Positions 49,801-60,309 are shown, counted from the whole stretch's first letter. The stretch is DNA of 63,350 nucleotides, filler included, from Octopus bimaculoides (GCF_001194135.2; 10 parts of 10 records of this genome joined end to end with filler, not necessarily neighbours in it), one strand, 5' to 3'. The notes: generated by a model from the sequence alone, not told the origin. Numbers and translations are program-made.

Positions 49801-50640
49801 TGGTGAGGATGTAGTCGATTTGGCTAGAGTGTCTGCCGGAGCGGTAGGTGACTAGAAGACAGCGGTAGGTGACTTGAAGTTGGTATTGCAAACCATAAGA
49901 TCGTTTGCATCACAGAACTCCAGCAGTCTGGTTCCCTCCTCATTGCGGGAACCGAAGCCATAGCCTCCATGAATGCCATCGAAGCCCCAGCCTCCATGAA
50001 TGCCATCGAAGCCCCATGCATGGCGTCCAACATGACCATTGAAATGGCCAGCCACAAAGAGAAGGTCCCTGTCATTCGTCAACGAGGTAGTTTTCAGGAG
50101 GGTGTCGTAGAATTGGTCTTTCTGCCCATCCGGTAGCCCCAGTTGAGGGGCATAGGCTGAGATGACAGTAGCTAATCTATGATGAAGCACTAGTCTAATC
50201 TTAAGTACTCTGTCACTTACTCTAACGACCTCGATTACCTTATCCACCCATTTCTCCGCTAGAAATATTCCTATGCCCCCGACCCCGTCAGTGTTCCCTG
50301 CCCAGAAAATCTTGTACCTGTGTTCTTTGCCTGTGAGGAACCTCGCAGAACCTCCTCTCCATCTAACTTTTTGGATACAGCACAAATCAACGCATCTCCG
50401 TTCAAGCATCACAACAATCTCACCAGACCTACCTTTCAGCGTGCTGACGTTGAGAGTGCCAATTCTGACGGTGTGGGAGGAGTAGGTGTCAGAGGAGGGG
50501 GCTCGTGTGACCCTGGGATAGGGGAAAGCAGTGTCGTGTACCTGAAAAGAAAGCTTGCATTTGGCAGAATTCATAAACAAAACAATACCTACAACCTGCA
50601 TATACTACCCAATCTTTATGCGCTATAAGGTCGATAGGAG
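46842..50640 (-). mobile_element. RTE-clade LINE, near full length, ORF disrupted (APE endonuclease + RT)
   Basis: EN: RIGTLNVSTLKGRS, LCCIQKVRW, VISAYAPQ, AGHFNGHVG, QIDYILTR. RT: NNYRGIKLL, QFGFVPGKSTTDAIF, AFIDLEKAFDRVP, GVHQGSVLS, ELLYADD. C-terminus: GRGRPRKTWDEVV. (GAT)n tail at 46842-46860. Several frameshifts. Confidence 0.95.
48096..48254 (+). mobile_element. PLE RT thumb fragment nested antisense in the RTE ORF
   Basis: Stop-free TDYPTKHPNNRLPVLDTELWLETVNNRVQLLHSYYMKPIASKHVVHKNSA; its first ~90 bp align to 45208-45298. Confidence 0.85.
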
Positions 50641-51340
50641 GGGAGGGGTGGTATAAGGTCACTAGCAGAGTTCACAAGAGACAGCTAAGGATGGTAGACG
50701 ATCTAAACTTCCGTTACTGGTGGAGGGGGTGGGAGGGCAGGCATACAGCGAGCTAAGAGAGCTTTGTCGTGGTTCTGTCAGCAGAGAGATTCGAATACGG
50801 ATTAGGATGAAGTTGGAAATTGAACTAGTTATATAGATTTGGGGACACGTACGAGTCGAAGAGGATAATTTTAATCAAAATCTGACACATACCTAAAGAT
50901 CCCCTCAAACACACTGGTATTTCCATACACTTACAAAGTTTATCCTGTATTTTTCTTGTTTTTTGACTGCTAAATGATAGCACTTGATCTAGTTTAATGC
51001 ACTTGAGCACTATAACTCATGTTCTGTTGATAATCATATGTGCAGGTAGAGGATTTTTTAAAGATTTACTTTGATATAAATCTAGATGGCAGTAGGTCAG
51101 ATAATTGTTATGAAATATAAAAGTGAAAATCAGCACATGTGAAAATGTAAATTAAATTGTGAAAACGTAAATGTAAATTACAACAAAATATCCGACTGTA
51201 CTCAAAACCGGGAAGAAAAATTAAAAACATCACATTGGACTTTAATAGCCAACAAAATAATATTCATTGCACAATATAATTTTTATTGACGAAAATAGAC
51301 TAATATTTCGTTTTTGGATTTGGTTTGCAAGATTTTTGAG

Positions 51341-51840
51341 GGAACTGGGCCTCCTCCTCAGACTAAGCTACGACAGTAATTATTTAGATGACCATGACCT
51401 CAGTAGATTCTGCCCCACCAGGCCACAGAGGGGAAGACCACCCACCATCACTTCAGCAGTGAAGAAAAGCACCACTGAATGCTGGAGTGGCTGGACTGCA
51501 CCCACCCAAAACCCTGAGAACAACAATCAGGTAAAGGAAATGATTGCTCACGCAATAGGGGCCAGTATAAAAACCACCTTGAAGAACCACATAGTAAAGT
51601 TCAACAAAAAACTATACTTGCAGGTTCAAGGTGCAACCATCGGTGTTGGTGTAGCTAGAGATGTGACCGGCCTCTTCATGACCTGGTGGGACAGAAAACT
51701 CAAACATAGGTTAGCAGAACAGTCCACAACTCTTCTACTTTACAGCAGATATGTAGATGACATTAATATCATAGTTAGGACCAACTCTAGTGACGGTCAT
51801 GTAGAAACAGAAAGGAATGTAATGGAGAGCATCCAGCAAA
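51341..51840 (+). mobile_element. Penelope-like element RT core fragment (motifs B' and C), open frame
   Basis: ELGLLLRLSYDSNYLDDHDLSRFCPTRPQRGRPPTITS...KLYLQVQGATIGVGVARDVTGLFMTWWDRKL...LYSRYVDDINII; ends at a gap. Confidence 0.9.
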
Positions 51841-51940
51841 NNNNNNNNNNNNNNNNNNNNNNNNNNNNNNNNNNNNNNNNNNNNTTAATTAATTAANNNN
51901 NNNNNNNNNNNNNNNNNNNNNNNNNNNNNNNNNNNNNNNN

Positions 51941-51974
<34 letters not shown>

Positions 51975-52264
51975 TCATATGTGTGTGTGTGAAATTTATC
52001 CCATAAATTCCACTCTATCTTTATCAGGTGTGGTCTGTAGAGCAAATACTTCTTGACCTAGTTAAGGATTATTTGACGACTAAGTATATAATTAATGTAT
52101 TCTTTTAAATTCTAAAGGGTTACTCTAAGTTTTAATGATACTGGAATACATAGCCATATCATATTTCTCAGCAATCTCTGGTATTATATACATCGACATT
52201 TTATGACTTCACCACATAAATTATACTTTGTGAAGAACTGTCAAAGGCTGATTCCTCAGTTTAC

Positions 52265-52452
52265 TTCATCCACCTGCACGGATACAACCTTGACTAAAGC
52301 TGCATAAAGACATCTACTTTGGGCATTGAAATCTAACATCGGTAATTTCCTATTTGACATTTGTAAAATCGAATTTGTTTTAGTTTCAATTTGATTTAGC
52401 TTGAATAGTATGTCTCGTGGACGCCCTACTGTTCCTCGTTTTATTGTGAATC
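52265..52452 (-). CDS. Candidate host-gene exon, product unidentified
   Basis: Unique sequence. Acceptor tgtattttgttag|G, then a single open frame (G)FTIKRGTVGRPRDILFKLNQIETKTNSILQMSNRKLPMLDFNAQSRCLYAALVKVVSVQVDE; only weak donors (GAA|GTAAAC) or a stop at 52256-52258. No family recognised. Confidence 0.3.
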
Positions 52453-52499
52453 CTAACAAAATACAGATCAGCAGATAATCAATGAAAGGCTTACAATTA

Positions 52500-53440
52500 C
52501 GACACCAGTTCGATATTTGTTGGATTCAACGACTTGTATTGCTTGATGTGGTCACCGTGGATTGTTGAAGAATTCTCACATATGCCCAGGGCGAAAATCT
52601 ATTCAAAATAAGTCTAACATTTTTTCTCGCTGTTCGTAGTGTGTATCACTTAAAATTAAGAAATGTTTAATTGAAATAAACTTTTTGGATCACTATGAAT
52701 TTGCGAACATCAAATAGGAAATTACCCTAATGTGAATGTAATGTAAATAATAGTGTAACAAACAGTTTTGAAGAGGTATAAGTTTCCATTCTCTTTTATG
52801 TTTTGAATACATACGCTGTATGCTGTTTAAAATCCAAGGAGGCGAACTCAGGATTTACTGGTCGAGTTAAGTACCTTGTAATTGTTTACCGTAAATTTAA
52901 TATATTCCTATTATTCGATGTGGTTAGCTAGAATCTGGATTATATCAGAGTACTAATAAGGTACCTGCTCGGTTTCTAAATCTCTATTCTTTTACGTTAT
53001 GTGTATATTTGCGTGAAATTATTACGAAATACGAATTTATTGCTAAAAGTACGAAGCTACGCGAACGTTGGTATGGTTGAATAAAGTTGAAAACTTGAAA
53101 AACAGCTGAATTATTTCTACAAACTTCCAACACACTGATTCACTATTTTTCATCTGGAAACGGTAAGTTGACAAATATTTACTTTAAGGCTGTAATAATG
53201 TATGTAAATAAGAGAATCGTGATTTCATCCGTTATATGGAAATAAAAACATGTAACAACTTCGGAAAAGATGTTTCTTCGACTAACAGGCTTTTACTTAC
53301 AGGAGAATATTTCCAAACTGAAATAATATTGACGTGATATTTTTGAAATCTCAGCATCGACCGTTACATGTGATATAAAGTAAATTACAGATACCGTGGG
53401 AAAACGAGAGCTGCCTCTCAGAAGTGATTATTAATTCTAG
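52500..53440. promoter_or_regulatory. CpG-rich, repeat-free island; possible promoter/first-exon region
   Basis: Dense CpG in AT-rich unique DNA; strong plus-strand donor AAACG|GTAAGT (GT at 53163); minus-strand donor-like CAGC|GTATGT near 52812. Confidence 0.3.
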
Positions 53441-53442
53441 AC

Positions 53443-53635
53443 AAGGTGACCAGCTGGCAAAATACTCAGCGGTATACCTTTTGGCTCTTTACGTTCTAAG
53501 TTCAAATACTGCCGTGCTCAACTTAGCCTTTCATCCTTTCAGAGTCGATAAAATAAAGTAACAGTCAAATATTTGAGTCGATATAATCGGCTACGCCTCC
53601 TGCTAAAACTGCTGGTCTTGCGCCAAAATTTGAAA
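53443..53635 (+). mobile_element. tRNA-derived SINE (family A), diverged
   Basis: cagctggcaaaatactcagcggtat...ttctaagttcaaatactgccg...gcctttcatcctttcagagtcgataaaataaagta. Confidence 0.8.
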
Positions 53636-54118
53636 CGGTTCTAGGCATATGTTTTAAACTAAGATTCCCCTACTATTCCGTCTCTTTTATTGTCTTATTT
53701 AAATATAAAAGCGCTTCAGGTGTTTATGTTTTAAACACTCGAGTTTTAGATAGGCTTTCGTTATAAATATCTAAAATAGTCTAGAAAATTTGTTTTCTGT
53801 GAAATTCTAAACGATGAATGTATAATTTTGTTTTCTTAAAGCCCATTGACGTACGAAAACTTATTGTACGTTAACTGTGGTGTGAAAATGTCATTGGAAG
53901 TTATTTCTATGACATATTCAATCAGCTCCTAACTCATTGTTACTGACTTTTGAGTCACAGAGACATAAAAAAAAAACACCGGTTGCCAAGCCGTGGAGAA
54001 CAAACACTGGTTGCCAAGCAGTGATGAGACATTGTCTGTTGCTCCGGAAAAGGGATCTGATGTGAGTTACCTCACTCATCTATGACTTACTTTCAGTTGT
54101 TTTACGCCAGGAGCATTG

Positions 54119-54240
54119 GGACTTTGCCTTTCATCCTTTCGCGGTCGATTAATTAAGTACCAGTTGCGTACTGGCGTCAATCTAATCGAGTGGCTCCCTC
54201 CCCCAAAATTTCGGGCCTTGTGCCTAGAGTAGAAAAGAAT
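54119..54240 (+). mobile_element. SINE family A, 3' half
   Basis: gactttgcctttcatcctttcgcggtcgattaattaagtaccagt...gggccttgtgcctagagtagaaaagaat. Confidence 0.85.
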
Positions 54241-54246
54241 TTTGTT

Positions 54247-54284
<38 letters not shown>

Positions 54285-54655
54285 CATAAATATATAGTGA
54301 TTGACAGTAACCTGCTTCTCCAACATACTGAGAATTCAGAAATAGCAGTCAAAGAACTACTGATTTCAAAACTACAAATTATTACTCCAGATTGATAGCG
54401 ATATTTTTGATACACACAGAACAAAAAACAGTAGAGAAGAGTAAAAACCACTTGCCTTTAGTTAATTTAGTACGNNNNNNNNNNNNNNNNNNNNNNNNNN
54501 NNNNNNNNNNNNNNNNNNTTAATTAATTAANNNNNNNNNNNNNNNNNNNNNNNNNNNNNNNNNNNNNNNNNNNNTATATATATATATATATATATGATTT
54601 TGTTATTGTTGTAATTGCTGTTACACACACATTTATGTATATACATTAATTGCTT

Positions 54656-54802
54656 TGTTGTAAAAAGCTTGCTTCTCAACGTCATGGTTCCGGGTTCAAT
54701 CCCACTGCGTGGCACCTTGGTTGTGTGTCTTCTAGTGTAGCCTCTGGCCGACCAATTCCATGGGAGTGGATTTGGTAGATGGAAACTGAAAAGAACCCCG
54801 TC

Positions 54803-54834
<32 letters not shown>

Positions 54835-55036
54835 GCGCTGGAGTGGCTGTGTGGTAAGTAGCTTGTATACCAACCACATGGTTTCGGGTTCAGTCCCACT
54901 GCGTGCCACTTTGGTCAAGTATCTTCAACTATAGTCTCGGGCCGACGAAAGCCTTGTGAGTGGATTTGGTAAATGGAAACTGAAAAGGAGCCCGTCGTAT
55001 ATATGTATATATATATATATGTAAGTATATGTGTGT

Positions 55037-55068
<32 letters not shown>

Positions 55069-55582
55069 CTGTGCTTGTGTGTGTGTCTGTGCTTGTGTGT
55101 TTGTGTTTGACCCCTCCAACATCGCTTGACAACCGATGCTGGTCTGTTTATGTCCCCGTAACTTAGCGATTCGGCAAAAGAGACCAATAGAATAAGTACT
55201 AGGCTTACAAACAATAACTCTTGTGGGTCGATTTGCTCGATAAAGCGGTGCTCTAGCATGGCCGCAGTCAAATGACTGAAACAAGTAAAAGAGTAAAGAG
55301 TAAGAGGATATATATACATACATACATACATNNNNNNNNNNATATATAAGCATGCGTGTGTGTGTGTGTAAATGTGTGTTATTGTGTCTCTGTTGTCCCC
55401 TCCCCCTCCCCCGTCCACACTTTACAACCGGTGTTAGTGCGTTTACGCCCCATCATAACATAGCGGTTCGGCAATATATTCCGCTAGATTAAATACTAAG
55501 CTGGCAATAAGCCCTGGTCTCAATTTTTCGATTAAAAACAGTGCTCCAGCATGGCCGTAGTCAAATGACTGAAATAAAAGAA
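54656..55582 (+). mobile_element. SINE array: head B, head B, microsatellite, tail C, microsatellite, tail C
   Basis: Heads at 54656-54804 and 54833-54999; tails at about 55105-55300 and 55390-55582. Confidence 0.85.
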
Positions 55583-55715
55583 AGCCTTTGTGTGTGTGTG
55601 TGTGTGTTTGCGTATGTGCGTGCGCACATGTTTATGAATTCGTTTTGAAAGATACCTGATGTGAAACCGTTCTTATCTCACCAAATAAACAAACGCACTA
55701 TAATATATTCGTTCT

Positions 55716-57290
55716 TCACCTGTTTATTCTTATTCTTATTTTATCTTATGTCCACTGTCCGGAAATGTTTCACCACACATCTGTGACCTCTTCAACGCCT
55801 CTTCCGTTCACGTGTATCCTCGTGTTCTCTATGCTAAAGACCGTAAAGGTAAAAATAGCATGAATAACGACACCCACATCTACAATAATGACAAAGCTAA
55901 TGATATCAAGACTGGTAAGTATAATGATAGTAGTAATGATATGACAACAACAAGAACAACGAATGGAACGATGAAAATATCCAAGCCAACACAAAAAATA
56001 CTGACAGCAACAATAAACAGAAAAAGCACAATCAACAACAACATGAACACCATCAACAATAGAGACAACCAAAGAGATAGTAACCAGATGAACCATCGGA
56101 TAGAAAATGATATTTGTATAAATTGCACTAACCCCATTCACAACCTATTTTTCAATCCATATGATAAGTCGTACGATATGAGTCGTCTTTATCCGACAAC
56201 CCTATCTTTCAACAAAAGAGTTAGAATTTTACAACAGACAAACGACGAAACAGATGGTCGATTCACCATAGCTAGTAGAAAGCTTAGACAGATTTTTGGA
56301 AGAGTACACTAGAAGACTGAGTAGGAGAGAGGTACAGCCAGAAGATAAGAAACTTGCAAGTGTCCTGCACAAACTCATACAACGCACAAAAAGTAGGGGA
56401 AGTTGTTTGCTTACCCACGGACAAGCCCGTACAATGTCGATAGACAACCTACCAAACTACACCCAGGGAATGCAACTCCACATTATCAATACGAGGGAAA
56501 CAACGGTACAATAGTATGAGGAGAGAGAACAGATCCTCAATGTTCACATGATGATTTCAAACACCCTAGGGGCAAAGAAGAGCACTGCCAACAAATTCTA
56601 GGCCCAGCGCTTTATGGACTCCACAGGGACCAGAAAGTGACCACTAATATGGTGACAGGACCACGAACGAAACCGGTCTGCGAAGCCAACGTTGTCAGCA
56701 ACTACCGACTCTCCCACTTCATCTCCACCATCATACACCCTCAGGACAAAATGTCCCCGGATGCGTGTAATAGCACAGAGGACCTCCTCAGCAGAAGTAA
56801 TGATTGCAACCATGCTTGCGACCTGACGGGATGCAAAATAGGCAGTGTAGATGTAACGTCTTTGTACTTGTCGACTGACGTTGATTTCACTGTGGAGAAA
56901 TGTGTGGAGATGATCAGCGAAAGCCACGTGGAATTTCGTAGTGTTGACACAGAAGAACTGGGCCCCCTCCTTAGACTTACATGTGAGGAGTACTTCGATG
57001 AACACAGCCTTAATGGTTTCTACCAGTAAAAGGTAGACTCCAACATAGCCGAAATAGCCGAGAAGACCTCTAGATGGAGATGGAACGGGTGAATGCTGCA
57101 AATGAGATCTGCCCGCTATACAGGAGAAAAACCTGGAACAGCACAGAAAAAAGATAGGTAAGGTCAACTCATATATGACAGCAAAATATACCAAAGTGGA
57201 TGGAAGAGTCGCTGAAGAGGTCGCAGATGTGTTACGAAATATTTAAGTCAATAGACATAGGATAAAATAAGAACAATAATAAACACGTGT
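55716..57290 (+). mobile_element. Penelope-like element (RT N-terminal half) bracketed by inverted pLTR-like repeats
   Basis: Frameshifted LIQRTKS.EVVCLPTDK..MSID...Y.QGMQLH, GPRTKPVCEAN...NYRLSHFISTII, CNSTEDLLSR, IGSVDVTSLY, EELGPLLRL. Repeat H3 is inverted at 55716-55824 and direct at 57196-57290. Confidence 0.85.
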
Positions 57291-57340
57291 AGAAAGAATA
57301 TATAGTGCCTATATTTATTTGGTAAGAATAAAAGAATATA

Positions 57341-57392
57341 GGCGGCGAGCTGGCAGAAACGTTAGCAAGCCGGTCGAACTGTTTCGCGGTAT
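57341..57392 (+). mobile_element. SINE family A head, truncated
   Basis: ggcggcgagctggcagaaacgttagcaagccgg...gcggtat. Confidence 0.8.
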
Positions 57393-57394
57393 AA

Positions 57395-58790
57395 CGGCTC
57401 TGTGAATTATTGTGAATTATTGTGAATACTGTTGTGTTACTTTGTGAAAACTGTCTCAGTGAATAATTGTGATTTTGTGGAATTATTACGGTTACGTTTC
57501 ACGTGAGCCGCTGCATTTTCCCAAGCTATAGCAAGTGGTAGTGTCTCCAGTATGGAGAGCTACGCTAAGGCCACTGCGGTGAGGAAGCCAGTGCCGCTGG
57601 AAACCAAGTTAATCAAGTTGGATATAGAGGAAGTGACTAGAAGCAGGAATTTGATAGTAGTTGAGGGAGACTCATACAAATTGTGTCCCCCAAAAGAAAC
57701 TAAAGAGGAAAAAATTCTGAGGACAGTTGTGTATCGTACACAGGCTGTCGAAACCGGTAAAATTGAAATGGTGACGGAAGAGGAAATCGAGGAGTGCCTG
57801 GGTGAAATTGTCAATGAAGCCACGTACATNNNNNNNNNNNNNNNNNNNNNNNNNNNNNNNNNNNNNNNNNNNNNNNNNNNNNNNNNNNNNNNNNNNNNNN
57901 NNNNNNNNNNNNNNNNNNNNNNNNNNNNNNNNNNNNNNNNNNNNNNNNNNNNNNNNNNNNNNNNNNNNNNNNNNNNNNNNNNNNNNNNNNNNNNNNNNNN
58001 NNNNNNNNNNNNNNNNNNNNNNNNNNNNNNNNNNNNNNNNNNNNNNNNNNNNNNNNNNNNNNNNNNNNNNNNNNNNNNNNNNNNNNNNNNNNNNNNNNNN
58101 NNNNNNNNNNNNNNNNNNNNNNNNNNNNNNNNNNNNNNNNNNNNNNNNNNNNNNNNNNNNNNNNNNNNNNNNNNNNNNNNNNNNNNNNNNNNNNNNNNNT
58201 ACCAGATAGAAGTGGAGGATGAGAGAACGTTAAATGTTGTAGTCGAGGGAAGGAAACCAAATTGCTACATATGCGGGGAAAGAGGTCATATGAACACCAA
58301 ATGCTCCCTATATGAGTTCACACAGCCACAGCAAGAGAAAGCACAAGCAGAGGAGGAAAACGTTGTAGACCACACTGAGGAAATGAAAGAGTGACAGAAG
58401 TGTGAAACAGAGAAATCAAAAGAGAAGAACGAAAATGGAGCTACTAACCCTAAAAAACGAAAGAAAAATAAGTCAAAGGAACGGTCAACAGAAAACATAA
58501 AAGAGATAGAAAAGCCAGAAACTAATAATGTACAAGAAGAGGAGGATGGAACGGATTAAGATGTGAAATACAAGGGGTTTTTGATAAAGTACGAGAATTG
58601 CGAGCAGATCGAGAGAAAAGTCGAGAGGTTGGAGGAAATAATAAGAGTGAAGATGCCAGAGAATGTGCTGAGAAATGCATTTTGATACATGAGGAAAACT
58701 ACTAGAAGTACATAAGAGAACTTGGTGAAAATATAATAACGAAACGGGTATAGTTGGTGGAGACACCACCCCCTAGAACTGATTATTTGC
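57395..58790 (+). mobile_element. Non-LTR retrotransposon 5' UTR + ORF1 (L1/Tx1-like, CCHC zinc knuckle)
   Basis: 5' tandem (TTGTGAATTA) repeats; ORF from 57552 (gap 57830-58199) with LNVVVEGRKPN-CYICGERGHMNTKC (C-X2-C-X4-H-X4-C), followed by a K/E-rich decayed tail. Confidence 0.75.
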
Positions 58791-58902
58791 AGTTGATAAG
58801 GANNNNNNNNNNNNNNNNNNNNNNNNNNNNNNNNNNNNNNNNNNNNTTAATTAATTAANNNNNNNNNNNNNNNNNNNNNNNNNNNNNNNNNNNNNNNNNN
58901 NN

Positions 58903-59029
58903 TCGCCACATCACTTATTCCTTGCAGCTTGGCAACGAGCCTAATTTTTCGTGTCCAAGCCATCACATCTCCTTCGCCATTAAAAGGCCTGATAACATTG
59001 CTGGCGATCCTAATCTTGGTGGCTGCCAT
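58903..59029 (-). mobile_element. Ty3/Gypsy-type gag N-terminus
   Basis: MAATKIRIASNVIRPFNGEGDVMAWTRKIRLVAKLQGISDVA (PFxGxGDVxxW gag signature), downstream of an LTR; cut by a gap. Confidence 0.7.
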
Positions 59030-59064
59030 TGCGGCGAATTTCTACACGTGGGGCCGAAATAGCT

Positions 59065-59352
59065 TGTGGTGTGTGCGTACGAGTAGATGTAATCGCCTTA
59101 CCTCAGTTTTCCTTTCCTCGACTGCGAGTCTGTCTTGCGGTATCCAATCCTTGAAGCTTGCCCCGACCCAAAGTACACCAGGAATAGCAGCTGCTTCTCC
59201 CAAACCTAGACCGTCGCTTAACACGTCTTGTCCTGACCACAACCCCGTTCGAAAAGGGCACGAATCCCGATCGAGGCTCCCTCTGCCCTTTTTCCCCTTC
59301 CGGTCAACTCGCCCTTTCAGTCAGCCTCCGCAGACACTGATGTCATACCACA
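59065..59352 (-). mobile_element. 5' LTR (288 bp) of the Gypsy-type element
   Basis: GC-rich block with inverted termini TGTGGTATG...CACACCACA, 35 nt upstream of the gag ATG. Confidence 0.65.
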
Positions 59353-59430
59353 AAACCTTGAATATACTTGGCAGAATATTATGGTTGCAGAACGAAATGC
59401 TGTGTACTTGCTAGCCATATATATATTATT

Positions 59431-60100
59431 AATATCACATATTTAATGTATGTATGTTGTTAAACCCCACAAAACTGCAGTATTTTGTCCAAAGAAAATT
59501 CCTTTAAGGATGTACAAAGTTAAAAAATACTGCATGTTTCAATGTTGGGTGAGATGAAATTGTCTCTGAAAGTGAACAAGAGTGGCAAATACAGATATAT
59601 AACTGTTTTTCTGCTCATCAGTGCTGCATACTCCACCAGCTTTGGAACAAATTGTTAAACCAGCAAGAATTATATATGCAAATAGTGTAGAATCTATTTG
59701 CTGGTGTGTAAAAGCATTGCAGCAAGGAAAACAGAACTCAAAGTTTGTTTTAGAAGCTGTTCAATAATGTAAAAATTATCAATATCACATATTTAATGTA
59801 TGTGAGTTGTTCAATACTACAAAGTCATGATATGTTGCCCAAAGGTAATCCCTTCAAAGATGTATAGTGTTGTAAAACACTGCATATCTCAAAGTGTAAT
59901 AACAACCATGAAATATTGGGATTCGTCACTCTTGTTCACTTCCAGTGTGATTTTGTTTCATCCAGCTTTGAAGTATGCAGCGTTTTCTTTTTTTAACAGT
60001 ATACACCTTTAAAAGGACTTCCCTTTGACGAAATACTGCAGTTTTGTAGCATTTAACAACAAACATACATTATGGAATATTGATAACATTTACATTATTG
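59431..60100. repeat. Three diverged ~100-130-bp repeats (two direct, one inverted)
   Basis: 59431-59544 and 59781-59894 are direct (both begin aatatcacatatttaatgtatgt); 60002-60100 is inverted. Confidence 0.8.
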
Positions 60101-60309
60101 CTGAGTTGCTTCTAACACAAACTTNNNNNNNNNNTAATGCTTTATATAATGTACATGAATTTCATGAGATCTGCAAGCCATCAATAATGTAAATAAATTC
60201 TCATTCAAATACAATGCTCAGCAAAATACTGATTGTGAAAAATTACAGACTGTTTTTTTGTGTTATATATATTTGGTGTGTGGATTCTGCATACTAATTT
60301 ATCTGCAGA

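Noticed and set aside
50600-50830. HDV-like ribozyme at the RTE 5' end
   Set aside because: I could not find P1/P2/P3 pairings on the minus strand upstream of the ORF.
55770-56141. Hydrophobic minus-strand ORFs (55770-56141, 55880-56137) as membrane proteins
   Set aside because: Antisense reading of an AAC/AAT-rich tract inside the PLE insertion.
51341-57029. Assignment of the PLE to the Naiad clade or to selenoprotein-encoding PLEs
   Set aside because: No N-terminal GIY-YIG or CxC linker is visible, and there are no conserved in-frame TGA codons or SECIS evidence. The clade is left open.
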